Below are positions 8,878 through 18,199 of a stretch of 58,733 nucleotides of DNA, one piece after another. This DNA comes from Pyrinomonadaceae bacterium (GTDB lineage: Bacteria; Acidobacteriota; Blastocatellia; Pyrinomonadales; Pyrinomonadaceae), in assembly GCA_036377375.1 (NCBI GenBank), contig DASUYO010000064.1, forward strand, positions 1 to 58,733, read 5' to 3'. The notes below the pieces were generated by a model. That model searched no databases, had not been told where the DNA came from, and worked only from the letters and a program-made list of their open reading frames with translations. The translations under genes were made by a program, and so were the position numbers. Position 1 is the first letter of the stretch. The number at the start of each line of letters is the position of its first letter.

Positions 8878-8928
8878 GCCACAGATTACACAGATTTCAC
8901 TGATTTCAAAAATCTGTGTAAGCTGTGC
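8878..8928. repeat. family B repeat as an inverted pair in a divergent promoter region
   Basis: gccacagattacacagattt-cactgatttca-aaatctgtgtaagctgtgc. It lies between the ydeP-like start (8872, minus) and the M14 peptidase start (8956, plus). Confidence 0.85.
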
Positions 8929-8955
8929 TAAAAGCCCTGACGAGGAAAAACCCAT

Positions 8956-11900
8956 ATGACCCTTTTTCGCCCGCTTCGCTCGTTGTTTCTCTGTCTCCTC
9001 TGCTTGCCAATCTTCGGAACAATCGTTAACGCTCAAATCAAACCCGGCCGCGATCCGAATCAGCCGATCGATCAGGAGTACACGAACAAGATTCGCGAGT
9101 ATACAACTGCTCCTTACTTCAACTCTCCTCTGACGGACTACCTGCCTGCTTCGGCTGATGTGCCAAGTCCGAAGGCAGTGCTCGGCGATGTAGCGGGTGC
9201 GCCCGGCAAGTTGCCGTATGCTGAAGATGTTTACAAATACATGCGCATGCTAGAGCGTGCGAGCCCGCGCGTCAAAGTCTATTCAATCGGCACCACTGAA
9301 GAAGGCCGCGAGATGATCGCGGTCGCGATCGGCTCGGAACAACTGATTTCGAAACTCGAAGAGAACCGCGCACGCCTGGCGAAGCTCGCTGATCCGAGAA
9401 CCATCAATATGGACGAAGCAGAAGCGGATCGTCTCGTCGCCGCTTCGTTTCCAGTCTATTACATCACGGGAACAATTCACTCAACCGAAACGGGCGCACC
9501 CACGGCGCTGATGGAATTGGCTTACAGGCTCGTCGTCGACAACAGCCCGTACATCAAATCGATCCGCGACAACGTGCTGACACTCATCACTCCGGTTGTT
9601 GAAGTCGATGGCCGCAATCGCATGGTCGATGTTTACAACTGGCATCTCGCCCATCCAAATCAAAACTGGCCTCCGCTGATTTACTGGGGGCACTACGTCG
9701 CACACGACAATAATCGCGACGCGATCGGACTTTCGCTGAAACTCACGCGCAACGTGCTTAACACCTACATTGCATGGAAGCCGCAGGTGCTGCACGACCT
9801 GCACGAATCAGTTCCATACCTTTACGACAACACGATTGGTGATGGTCCATATAACGCCTGGGTAGATCCAATCCTGACCGATGAGTGGCAGATGATCGGC
9901 TGGAACAATGTTTCAGAGATGACGAAATTTGGCATGCCTGGCGTGTTTGCACATGGCAACTTCGATACGTGGTCGCCGGGATACCTGATGTTTATCGCAG
10001 CGACTCACAATGGTATCAGTCGGTTGTACGAAACATTCGGCAACGCCGGCGCAGATACAGTTGAAAGGACGCTGTCGCCGGGGGAGTATGAACGCACGTG
10101 GTATCGCCAGAATCCGCCACTGCCCAAAGCCAGATGGTCGCAGCGAAATAATAATAACTACGAGCAGTCTGCACTGCTGACTTCGCTCTATTATTTCGGC
10201 AACAATAGCAAACTCTTTCTTAAGAATTTCTACCTCAAGAGCAAACGCTCAATTGATAAGCCGAAGAACGAAGGCCCCGCGGCTTACGTCCTGCCGTCAG
10301 ACGACGTGAGGCCCGGCAATCAGGCAGAACTCTTAAGAACGCTCCAGGCGCAGGGCGTCGAGATCAGCCGATCGACTGCGCCGTTCACCGTCGGTGTCAG
10401 GAAAAAAGCGGGTTCGAGTAGCAGCGCGGCCAAGCCAGCGGCTAGTCCATCACCATCTGCTTCTCCAACTCCGACACCGAAAACTGAAGATCGAACTTTC
10501 CCGGCCGGAAGTTATATCGTCCGCATGGACCAACCGTACAGCCGCATCGCCGATGCCTTACTCGACTATCAATACTGGGCGCCAAACGATCCGCAAACTG
10601 ATATTTACGACGATACTGCATGGACCATGGGTGAGCTCGCGAATGTCGAAGTAGTGCGTGTCACGGATACGAAAGTACTGCAAGCGCCGATGGAGCGCGT
10701 TACTGGCGACGTGCGAGCTCCGGGTGGAATCTCGAACGCCGGTTCGGTGTACGTGATCAATCACAATGCCGACAACGCTCTGGTGACGCTGCGCTATCGA
10801 CTAAAAGACGTCGAGATGGAAGCGGCGGAAGAGCCTTTCGAAGCGGCTGGACACAAGTTCAGTCGTGGGTCCTTCATCATTCGCAAAGCTAACAGTGAAG
10901 ATCTGCGCAGAGTCGCAAATGAGCTCGGGATCCAAGTTTACGCAGTGCCCGATGCGCCATTAGTGAAGATGCATCCGATCAGAACTCCACGCATTGCGAT
11001 GATGCATACGTGGCTCAGCACGCAGGATGAAGGTTGGTATCGACTCGGCTTCGATCAATTACAGGTGCCCTTCGCGTACATCAGCACGCAGGACGTTTCG
11101 CGCGAGCCGAATCTCAAGAACAAGTATGACGTGATTCTGTTTGGACCTGTCGGACGTAGTGGATTAGCCATCATCAACGGCATGCCGATGTACGGCAATC
11201 CGCTGCCGTGGAAGAAGACTCAGCTCACGCCGAACCTCGGCCTCATCGACGAAACCGACGACATGCGGCCAGGACTCGGCTGGAGTGGTTTGCAGAACCT
11301 GCAAAAGTTTGTGAAAGACGGTGGATTGTTTATCACCGTCGACGACACATCGGAGTTCGCGGTCAACTACGGCTTCACTGCCGGAGTTTCTGCAAACAGA
11401 TCGCAGCATCTTAAAGCTGTCGGCGACATACTGCGCATGAGGACAGTCGATGCGGCGAGCCCGATTGCTTACGGCTATGGCGACTCGCTGGCGATGTATT
11501 GTTTCAACGGTGCTATTTACAACCTCAGTAACGGTGTTGGTGGACGCGGACCGCGAAACCAGCCACGGGCGACTGGTCGCGGCACGCCCGACGATCCTGA
11601 CGTACCGCAGGGTCGTCCGCCCGCCGAGATTCCTGAGCCTCCTCCGCGCGCCGAGCCTTGGGAAGTTCCGCCTGTAACAGATGAACAGCGACGGAATGCG
11701 GTCGGGTTGATACCACCCAATCAACGTCCGCGCGTGGTGCTGCGCTACGCAGACAGCCGCGACTTGTTTGTTTCGGGCCTGCTGGATAATGGGGACGAGA
11801 TTGCGCAACGTCCTGCGGTCGTTGATGTGCCGTCCGGAAATGGTCATGTACTGCTCTTCTCGACGAATCCATTCTGGCGCGGGCAGACGAAGGGAAGCTA

Positions 11901-11970
11901 CTTCCTCGTGTTCAATGCGATCCTTAATTGGGACAACTTGAATGCTGGGAGAAAGCTCGACGAGAATTAG
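8956..11970 (+). CDS. secreted M14 family metallocarboxypeptidase-like protein
   Basis: 1004 aa with a signal peptide (LCLLCLPIFGTIVNAQ). M14 Zn-site context is YYITGTIHSTETGAPTALMELAYRL and HDLHES. There is an internal Ser/Ala/Pro linker. Confidence 0.85.
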   Translation: MTLFRPLRSLFLCLLCLPIFGTIVNAQIKPGRDPNQPIDQEYTNKIREYTTAPYFNSPLTDYLPASADVPSPKAVLGDVAGAPGKLPYAEDVYKYMRMLERASPRVKVYSIGTTEEGREMIAVAIGSEQLISKLEENRARLAKLADPRTINMDEAEADRLVAASFPVYYITGTIHSTETGAPTALMELAYRLVVDNSPYIKSIRDNVLTLITPVVEVDGRNRMVDVYNWHLAHPNQNWPPLIYWGHYVAHDNNRDAIGLSLKLTRNVLNTYIAWKPQVLHDLHESVPYLYDNTIGDGPYNAWVDPILTDEWQMIGWNNVSEMTKFGMPGVFAHGNFDTWSPGYLMFIAATHNGISRLYETFGNAGADTVERTLSPGEYERTWYRQNPPLPKARWSQRNNNNYEQSALLTSLYYFGNNSKLFLKNFYLKSKRSIDKPKNEGPAAYVLPSDDVRPGNQAELLRTLQAQGVEISRSTAPFTVGVRKKAGSSSSAAKPAASPSPSASPTPTPKTEDRTFPAGSYIVRMDQPYSRIADALLDYQYWAPNDPQTDIYDDTAWTMGELANVEVVRVTDTKVLQAPMERVTGDVRAPGGISNAGSVYVINHNADNALVTLRYRLKDVEMEAAEEPFEAAGHKFSRGSFIIRKANSEDLRRVANELGIQVYAVPDAPLVKMHPIRTPRIAMMHTWLSTQDEGWYRLGFDQLQVPFAYISTQDVSREPNLKNKYDVILFGPVGRSGLAIINGMPMYGNPLPWKKTQLTPNLGLIDETDDMRPGLGWSGLQNLQKFVKDGGLFITVDDTSEFAVNYGFTAGVSANRSQHLKAVGDILRMRTVDAASPIAYGYGDSLAMYCFNGAIYNLSNGVGGRGPRNQPRATGRGTPDDPDVPQGRPPAEIPEPPPRAEPWEVPPVTDEQRRNAVGLIPPNQRPRVVLRYADSRDLFVSGLLDNGDEIAQRPAVVDVPSGNGHVLLFSTNPFWRGQTKGSYFLVFNAILNWDNLNAGRKLDEN

Positions 11971-12008
11971 CCGCAAAAAGAGCCGCAAAAAGGCACAAAA
12001 GGCACAAA
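11971..12008. repeat. family A repeat, single A-rich arm filling the intercistronic spacer
   Basis: TAG-ccgcaaaaagagccgcaaaaaggcacaaaaggcacaaa-ATG. Confidence 0.85.
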
Positions 12009-13424
12009 ATGAATTTGTTTGAGGCTATCTTCGGGAACGAATTGTCGTGGCCGGCTGTTCGTTTTGACGGCCGCACGATCACGTACGGCGAGTTGCGTGC
12101 GGAGACTTTGAAGATGGCCCGGCTTATCCAGTCGCTCGGCGTGCAGCGGGGTGATCGCGTAGCGCTCTTACTTCATGATTGCCCTGAATTTATCGAAGCG
12201 TTCATTGCCATTTGCGCGCTCGGCGCGATTGCAGTTCCTATCAACATGTCGCTCCGCGCTGAGGAACAGTCTGCAATCATTCGCAATTCCGGAGCCATGC
12301 TGGTGTTTAGCGAAGAGCACGTGTCGCTGAATAACATCACAGAGCCCGAGATTGAGTTCCCTGATCCGGCTGAAAATGAACCCGCATTCATACTCTACAC
12401 GTCCGGCAGCACAGGTGAACCCAAGGGAGCTGTCCACCGGCAGAGCGACATCTTTTACACGAATCAAACGTTTTGTCGCGAGGTGCTGCAATTGACTCCT
12501 CGCGACCGTCTCTTCTCGTCATCGCGGCTGCCGTTCGCTTACGGTTTGGGTAACAGTCTTTCGTTTCCACTGCTCAACGGCGCCACAACGATTCTCTGCC
12601 GCGAGAAGCCATCGCCCGATATCATCGCGCGGATCTTCTCGCAGCATCGTCCGACGATCTTTTTCGCCGTTCCCGTCATTTACAACCTGCTGCTCGAGCA
12701 TCATCGCGCCGGCAGAAAGCTCGACACGTCGAGTCTGCGGCTCTGCGTTTCAGCCGGCGAAGCCTTGCCGGCTCATCTCGGCGAAGATTGGGAAAGAGAG
12801 TTTGGCGTGCAGTTGCTCGACGGTATCGGTTCGACCGAGATGTTGCACATGTTCATCTCGAATCATAAAAACGAGGTGCGCTATGGCAGTAGTGGCCGTC
12901 TGCTTCAGGGTTACGAGGCTCGCCTGGTTGACGAAGAAAACCTGTGGGTGAAAGGCGAGAGTGCCGCGTTGTACTACTGGGAGAACCCTGAAGCAACAAC
13001 GAAGACTTTCGTCGATGGTTGGGTGCGCACGGGCGACCTGTATCGCTGCGACAGTGATGGTTACTGGTTTCATATGGGACGCAGTGACGATTGTTTCAAA
13101 TCGAGCGGACGATGGGTTTCGCCGGTTGAAGTTGAAGGCGTGCTGCTGCGACACGAGGGCGTCGCGCGCGCGGCGGTGGTTGAGGATTTTGACGAGGATC
13201 AACTTCCGTGTGCGTGTGCGTTTGTTGTGAGGCGCGATGTAGAATCCGACTCGGGGCAACTGGCGCACGAGCTGCGCAAATTGGCTGCTGAATCGCTGCC
13301 GCGATTCAAACAACCGCGCCGGTATGTGTTTGTGACAGAGCTGCCGTACACGGCGACAGGAAAGATTCAGCGCTTCAAACTCCGGCAGCAGTTACGCGCG
13401 GCTGGAGCTAGAATTCAACTGTAG
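12009..13424 (+). CDS. AMP-dependent synthetase/ligase (benzoate/4-hydroxybenzoate-CoA ligase-like)
   Basis: AMP-binding motif FILYTSGSTGEPKGAVH and a C-terminal TATGKIQRF. I chose the ATG at 12009; the track start at 11928 reads through the family A repeat ([13 protein letters not shown]). Confidence 0.85.
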   Translation: MNLFEAIFGNELSWPAVRFDGRTITYGELRAETLKMARLIQSLGVQRGDRVALLLHDCPEFIEAFIAICALGAIAVPINMSLRAEEQSAIIRNSGAMLVFSEEHVSLNNITEPEIEFPDPAENEPAFILYTSGSTGEPKGAVHRQSDIFYTNQTFCREVLQLTPRDRLFSSSRLPFAYGLGNSLSFPLLNGATTILCREKPSPDIIARIFSQHRPTIFFAVPVIYNLLLEHHRAGRKLDTSSLRLCVSAGEALPAHLGEDWEREFGVQLLDGIGSTEMLHMFISNHKNEVRYGSSGRLLQGYEARLVDEENLWVKGESAALYYWENPEATTKTFVDGWVRTGDLYRCDSDGYWFHMGRSDDCFKSSGRWVSPVEVEGVLLRHEGVARAAVVEDFDEDQLPCACAFVVRRDVESDSGQLAHELRKLAAESLPRFKQPRRYVFVTELPYTATGKIQRFKLRQQLRAAGARIQL

Positions 13425-13502
13425 GGGCGGCCCTGCGTGGCCGCCCGTCATTGGAAACAAGCGTGTTAGTGACACGGGCGCCACGGAGGGCCGCCCCTAC
13501 AG
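13419..13502. repeat. family D palindromic element (CTGTAGGGGCGGCC...GGCCGCCCCTACAG)
   Basis: 84-bp element with roughly 30-nt complementary arms. Each arm also contains its own 8-bp palindrome (GGGCGGCC-N6-GGCCGCCC). A second copy is at 28652-28737. Confidence 0.9.
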
Positions 13503-13517
13503 TTGTACTTAGCAGTA

Positions 13518-13976
13518 ATGAAAAGCATTCAGGAAACATACGCGCCAAATCTCGCCTGCTTCGGTTGTGGACCGGCGAATCCGAAAGGGCTGCACATTCG
13601 CAGTTTCGCTGAAGGTGATCAGGTTGTCGCGGAGTGGCAGCCGAGCCAGGAGTATGAAGCGTTTCCGGGCGTGTTGAGCGGCGGAATTATTGGCACTCTG
13701 CTCGATTGTCACTGCAACTGGACGGCCGCGTGGTTCCTGATGCAGAAGAGTGGCGCTGACAAGCCGCCTTGCACCGTCACCGCTGAGTATTCGATCAAGC
13801 TGCTGCGTCCGACACCGAGTGACGGTCCAGTCAAACTTGTCGCACGCGTGCTTGATTCAACACCCGATCGCGCAATCGTTGGAGGCGAGTTGCTCGCGCA
13901 CGATCAGGTTTTTGCTACTTGTCATGGCACCTTTGTCGCCGTCAAACCAGGACATCCCGCGTATCATCGCTGGTAA
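13518..13976 (+). CDS. PaaI-family hotdog-fold thioesterase
   Basis: About 150 aa with an N-terminal [13 protein letters not shown] motif and the hotdog core [19 protein letters not shown] chose the ATG at 13518; the TTG at 13503 abuts the repeat. Confidence 0.75.
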   Translation: MKSIQETYAPNLACFGCGPANPKGLHIRSFAEGDQVVAEWQPSQEYEAFPGVLSGGIIGTLLDCHCNWTAAWFLMQKSGADKPPCTVTAEYSIKLLRPTPSDGPVKLVARVLDSTPDRAIVGGELLAHDQVFATCHGTFVAVKPGHPAYHRW

Positions 13977-13987
13977 GGAGTTTCAAA

Positions 13988-14953
13988 ATGATTTACCGTC
14001 CTCGTCGACTCCGCAAAACTGACGCCATCCGTTCAATGGTGCGCGAGACTCGACTCGCGCCCGAGAATTTCGTGTTGCCGCTGTTTGTATGTCCGGGCAC
14101 AGGCGTGCGTCGCGAAATCTCTTCGATGCCGGGTGTCTACAACCTTTCAATTGACGAGACGACAAAAGAAGTTTCTGCTGCTTACGATGCGGGTGTGCGC
14201 AGCATCATCCTGTTTGGATTGCCGGAAACGAAAGACCTTGTCGCTTCCGGTGCTTACGCAGAAGACGGAATCGTGCAACGCGCCATTCGCGCGATTCGCA
14301 AGTCGTCACCTGAAATGATCATTATGGCTGACACCTGTTTGTGTGAATACACGTCGCACGGACACTGCGGTGTTGTTCGTGGAGGTGACGTCCTCAATGA
14401 CGAGTCGCTCGAGTTGCTGGCACGCACGGCATTGAGTCAGGCCGCAGCGGGTGCAGACATCGTCGGACCTTCAGCAATGATGGACGGCCAGGTCGAAGCG
14501 ATTCGCGAGATGCTCGACAACGAAGGGTTCGGCAACACTGCGATCATGGCTTACGCGGTGAAGTATGCGTCGGGATTCTACGGTCCGTTTCGAGAGGCAG
14601 CACAGAGTGCGCCTGAGTTCGGTGATCGCCGCGCCTACCAGATGGATCCGCCAAACGTCCGCGAAGCAATGCGCGAGGCTGAGCTCGATTACTCTGAAGG
14701 CGCAGACATTCTGATGGTGAAGCCTGCTACGGTGTATCTCGACGTGCTGAAAATGGTTCACGATCGTTTTGATGTTCCAATTGCGGCGTATCACGTGTCG
14801 GGCGAGTATGCAATGATCAAAGCGGCTGCTCAGAAGGGCTGGATTGACGAACAACGCGTAATGATGGAAACGCTGACCAGCATCAAGCGCGCCGGCGCCG
14901 ACATCATTTTGACTTACTACGCACGCGAAGCCATCCGAGCGTTAGGCCAATAG
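13988..14953 (+). CDS. hemB: porphobilinogen synthase (delta-aminolevulinate dehydratase)
   Basis: [12 protein letters not shown]-terminus, Zn-site cysteines [14 protein letters not shown] and active-site region MVKPA. The ATG is at 13988. Confidence 0.95.
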   Translation: MIYRPRRLRKTDAIRSMVRETRLAPENFVLPLFVCPGTGVRREISSMPGVYNLSIDETTKEVSAAYDAGVRSIILFGLPETKDLVASGAYAEDGIVQRAIRAIRKSSPEMIIMADTCLCEYTSHGHCGVVRGGDVLNDESLELLARTALSQAAAGADIVGPSAMMDGQVEAIREMLDNEGFGNTAIMAYAVKYASGFYGPFREAAQSAPEFGDRRAYQMDPPNVREAMREAELDYSEGADILMVKPATVYLDVLKMVHDRFDVPIAAYHVSGEYAMIKAAAQKGWIDEQRVMMETLTSIKRAGADIILTYYAREAIRALGQ

Positions 14954-15020
14954 CTCCGGCTGGGTGCAACCCTGTACACGAGGCGGGCTTCTAAGGTCAC
15001 ACCGCTGGAGAGAAGATTGC

Positions 15021-15674
15021 ATGAAAATGCTCCCCGGCTTTCAGCGAAATCGCCACAGAAAAGGGCTTTTTGCAGCCTCCGGCTTGCTGCTACTGCTTGC
15101 CACGCAGACGATTGCACAGTCAGGCCGGCGCGCTCCAAAAGCCAGCCAGCCCCCAGTTACCACGCCACAGATAGATTCCGATAAAACTCCGAAAAGCACT
15201 GGACGCGAGCTGAAACAAAAGGTTTCGCTGCTAGTGGCAAGTGAGCCGTCGTCCAAGCATCTTCTGAGTGAAGACGCCATCTTCGCAGACTTTCTGAAGC
15301 GGCTCGGCGAGTTTAAGAACGTCACGACTACCCCGCTCGGTCAGCTGAAGCGCGACCCGGCTGTAAAGCGAGCGAAGAGCGAGACGGAATCGGCTGTTGT
15401 CCTTTTGCAGTTTGATGTCGATGAATTTCAGCACGGCACAATCATTCTGAACTCACCCGATCTTGATGTGCGTGTCCTGATTTTTGAACCGAAGACTGGG
15501 CAGAAGAAGTTTGAAGGCAAGGTGTATTACAAGGCCGTTGGTGGACCAATGCTGAAGAAAGATAACTGGCCCACTGGCACTCCAATCCGGATCACGACTG
15601 AAGCCGTCGGGATCGAAGCGGCAGAACAAGTGTGGGACTGGTTAATGGTCCAGGAAATCAAGAAGAAGAATTAG
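15021..15674 (+). CDS. secreted hypothetical protein
   Basis: ORF with a signal-like GLFAASGLLLLLATQTIAQS. No family was recognised. The start is taken at the ATG of MKMLPGF. Confidence 0.6.
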   Translation: MKMLPGFQRNRHRKGLFAASGLLLLLATQTIAQSGRRAPKASQPPVTTPQIDSDKTPKSTGRELKQKVSLLVASEPSSKHLLSEDAIFADFLKRLGEFKNVTTTPLGQLKRDPAVKRAKSETESAVVLLQFDVDEFQHGTIILNSPDLDVRVLIFEPKTGQKKFEGKVYYKAVGGPMLKKDNWPTGTPIRITTEAVGIEAAEQVWDWLMVQEIKKKN

Positions 15675-15720
15675 GCCGCAGATGAACGCAGATCTGCGTC
15701 TATCTGCGTTCATCTGCGGC
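15675..15720. repeat. family C repeat (GCAGATGAAC units) as a perfect hairpin
   Basis: gccgcagatgaacgcagat-ctgcgtct-atctgcgttcatctgcggc, with 19-bp perfect arms. The right arm encodes the AADERR C-terminus and stop of the convergent aminotransferase. Confidence 0.92.
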
Positions 15721-16797
15721 TTCATCAAGCGCCTTCTCCATTCGTTCCAACCCGGCTTCGAGCGTCTTCGTATCCCCCGCAATCCCGACCCGAAAATGGG
15801 CCGGCATCTCAAAGAAACTCCCCGGCACTACTGACGTCTCATATTTCTCACGCAGTAACTGACACAATCGCTCCGACGTTCCCTGCCGCACACGCGGAAA
15901 CATCACCGTCCCAAACTCCGGCCTGACGACCTCCAGGTCGTCGCGTGTATCCAGAAACTCATTCAGTATCCGCCGGTTTCGATCCAATAACTCCTTCGCG
16001 CATTCTCCAATACCTGCGAGCTGCTGCATCGCGATGACGCTCAACCGCTCACCGGCATGCACCGGTGTCGCTGCAAATAGATCGTTGAGCAGCCACATGC
16101 GTCTTGCCAGCTCGGGCTCCGCAAGGATCCAACCACATCGCAGCCCGCTCAGTCCGAACGCTTTCGTTAAACTGCTGGTGATCACAAATTCTCTACCGAG
16201 GTGGAACGACGTCCGTGGCGACTCTTCAAACAGCGTTTCCATGTAGACTTCATCAATCAGCACGCGCGCACCTACAGCTCGCGCGATCTCTCCGATGTGT
16301 TTCAACGTCGCATCGTCGATCAAAACCCCGCTCGGATTGTGCAGATTTGTGATTACAATCAATCGCGTTTTGCGACTAACAAGAGACTCGAGCTCCTCAG
16401 GCAAGATGCGAAAGCCGTTCTCAAATGTACGCGAGAAGCGCTTTATATCCGCGCCGAGGTAATGCGCCAGAGCAAGCATCGGTTCGTAGGCGGGATGCTC
16501 AAACAACACCTCATCGCCGGGTTTAATCAAAGCAGCCATTGCGAGGTGATTGGCGAATGTTGTCCCGGCCGCGGTCACGACTTCTTCTGACGCGACACGA
16601 TACCGCTTCGCAATTGATTCGATCAGCGGCTTGTAACCGTAACCACCATTCGTGATCTCCAGGTCGTCGAGCGAGACGCACAAGTCGCGCAGTTTCAGAT
16701 TACCCAGACCACTCGTCGCCAGGTTGTACTTCGCCACTGAGCGTGTCTTCGCCCAGTTCATGTACGACGAGCCCATCACCTCGCGCGCGGCCGTCAT
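15700..16797 (-). CDS. pyridoxal phosphate-dependent aminotransferase (class I/II)
   Basis: PLP-lysine context SLTKAFGLSGLRCGW and an aminotransferase fold pattern. The ATG at 16797 overlaps the APC permease stop (ATGA). The track start at 16818 is a TTG. Confidence 0.85.
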   Translation of the reverse strand: MTAAREVMGSSYMNWAKTRSVAKYNLATSGLGNLKLRDLCVSLDDLEITNGGYGYKPLIESIAKRYRVASEEVVTAAGTTFANHLAMAALIKPGDEVLFEHPAYEPMLALAHYLGADIKRFSRTFENGFRILPEELESLVSRKTRLIVITNLHNPSGVLIDDATLKHIGEIARAVGARVLIDEVYMETLFEESPRTSFHLGREFVITSSLTKAFGLSGLRCGWILAEPELARRMWLLNDLFAATPVHAGERLSVIAMQQLAGIGECAKELLDRNRRILNEFLDTRDDLEVVRPEFGTVMFPRVRQGTSERLCQLLREKYETSVVPGSFFEMPAHFRVGIAGDTKTLEAGLERMEKALDEAADERR

Positions 16798-18104
16798 CTG
16801 CTGCTCCTTTGTCGCCAAAACCAGTAAGCCGGTATGCCTGCAAGCATGATTGCGATTCCTATCAATGTGTTTTCCGGATAACGGTAAATCGTATTAATCG
16901 CGACGATCCAGCAGACCGCGATGAAAACGAGTGTCGTAAACGGATGACCCGGCACTCTCGTTACGGCCGGCGGCTCTCGCCTGCGAAATACGAAGATACA
17001 ACAGGCAGTTAAGCCAAAGAAAATCACGTCGACTGAAACGACGTAGTTGAGGATTCGCTCGTAAGTTCCGAGTAAGGCAATGACGATCGCGAGCAGTCCC
17101 TGAAGTGCAATCGCTACGATCGGCGCGCGTGTTCGTGGATGGACCATGCCGACGCGCTTAAAAAACAAGCCGTCATTTGCCATCGCGAAGTAAACGCGCG
17201 GAGCGGTCAGCATGCTTTGACTCAGAAATCCTGCGGTCGAAATGGCAATACCGGCGGCGATAACGCGCGCGCCAATGTCACCCAGCCCTCGTCGCATTAC
17301 GTCCGAAGCGGGCGCCGCCGATGCTGCGAGAGCAGTTGTTCCCAGGACGCTAATGTAGACGACGTTCGCAGCGAGATAGAGCACGACGACTCCGCTGACG
17401 CCCAGGATCAATCCACGTGGAAGATTTTTGCGAGGCTCCTTGATCTCACCGGCAACGAACGTCGCTGTTTGCCAGCCGCCGTAAGCAAAGATGACGGGCA
17501 CCAGCGCTGCGCCAAATGCCGTCAGTAGATCTGCTGAAGGTGGTCTGTCCAACAGACCAGACGGATTTGTAGTGCGCGCGGCGAACAAGAATCCACACAC
17601 GACCAGCATCGCGATCGCGAGAATCTTCAGTACCATCAGGATGCTTTGGACCGTGCTGCCGGCTCGAACGCCGAGACAGTTGATGATTGTCAGCGTGACT
17701 AAGACAATCGCCGCAAGGTACGCGGATGAGATTGGCACGTGAGTGAGCTCGACGAAGTAGCGTGCGAATGTAACAGCGACCGCAGCCATGCCGCCCGTTT
17801 GAACGACGAGCAGCAGAACCCAGCCATAAAGGAAAGCCACACCCGGATGAAATGCTTCGCGCAGGTACGCGTACTGGCCGCCAACGTCCGGGCGCAGTGC
17901 GGCGAGCTCGGCCCAGATGAATGCTGCTGCGAGTGCAAACAGCCCGCCGACCGCCCATGCGCCGATAATCAAAAATGGCGTATGAACCTGAAGCGCCACC
18001 ACCGACGGGTTCATAAAGATGCCCGAGCCGATGATGCCGCCCATGACGATCATCGTGGCATCGAAGAGGCCGAGCCTGCGTGCTAGTTGAGTTTCTTGAT
18101 CCAC
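16794..18104 (-). CDS. APC family amino acid permease
   Basis: 436 aa with about 12 TM segments and an N-terminal LGLFDATMIVMGGIIGSGIF signature. The GTG start lies inside a family B repeat arm. Confidence 0.88.
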   Translation of the reverse strand: MDQETQLARRLGLFDATMIVMGGIIGSGIFMNPSVVALQVHTPFLIIGAWAVGGLFALAAAFIWAELAALRPDVGGQYAYLREAFHPGVAFLYGWVLLLVVQTGGMAAVAVTFARYFVELTHVPISSAYLAAIVLVTLTIINCLGVRAGSTVQSILMVLKILAIAMLVVCGFLFAARTTNPSGLLDRPPSADLLTAFGAALVPVIFAYGGWQTATFVAGEIKEPRKNLPRGLILGVSGVVVLYLAANVVYISVLGTTALAASAAPASDVMRRGLGDIGARVIAAGIAISTAGFLSQSMLTAPRVYFAMANDGLFFKRVGMVHPRTRAPIVAIALQGLLAIVIALLGTYERILNYVVSVDVIFFGLTACCIFVFRRREPPAVTRVPGHPFTTLVFIAVCWIVAINTIYRYPENTLIGIAIMLAGIPAYWFWRQRSSR

Positions 18105-18148
18105 AGATTACACAGATTATATGAATAAATCTGTGTAATCTGTGGATC
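18098..18148. repeat. family B repeat with perfect 21-bp inverted arms
   Basis: gatccacagattacacagatt-atatgaata-aatctgtgtaatctgtggatc. It lies between divergent genes (APC permease and GT39). Confidence 0.93.
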
Positions 18149-18199
18149 TGTTTTTGACACCTACTCGAGTCTTTCGTTACCCTGTCGAGTTTTGCACGT

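Noticed and set aside
11928-12008. N-terminal extensions in the ORF track that read through repeats. They occur at 11928 ([13 protein letters not shown]), 28684 (GGHGRPPLQ), 41969 (NADERRSYPRSSAFICG), 45031-45132 and 34935-35126.
   Set aside because: The extensions are translations of family A, C and D repeat DNA, or they overlap the upstream gene. Downstream ATGs give proper signal peptides or conserved N-termini.
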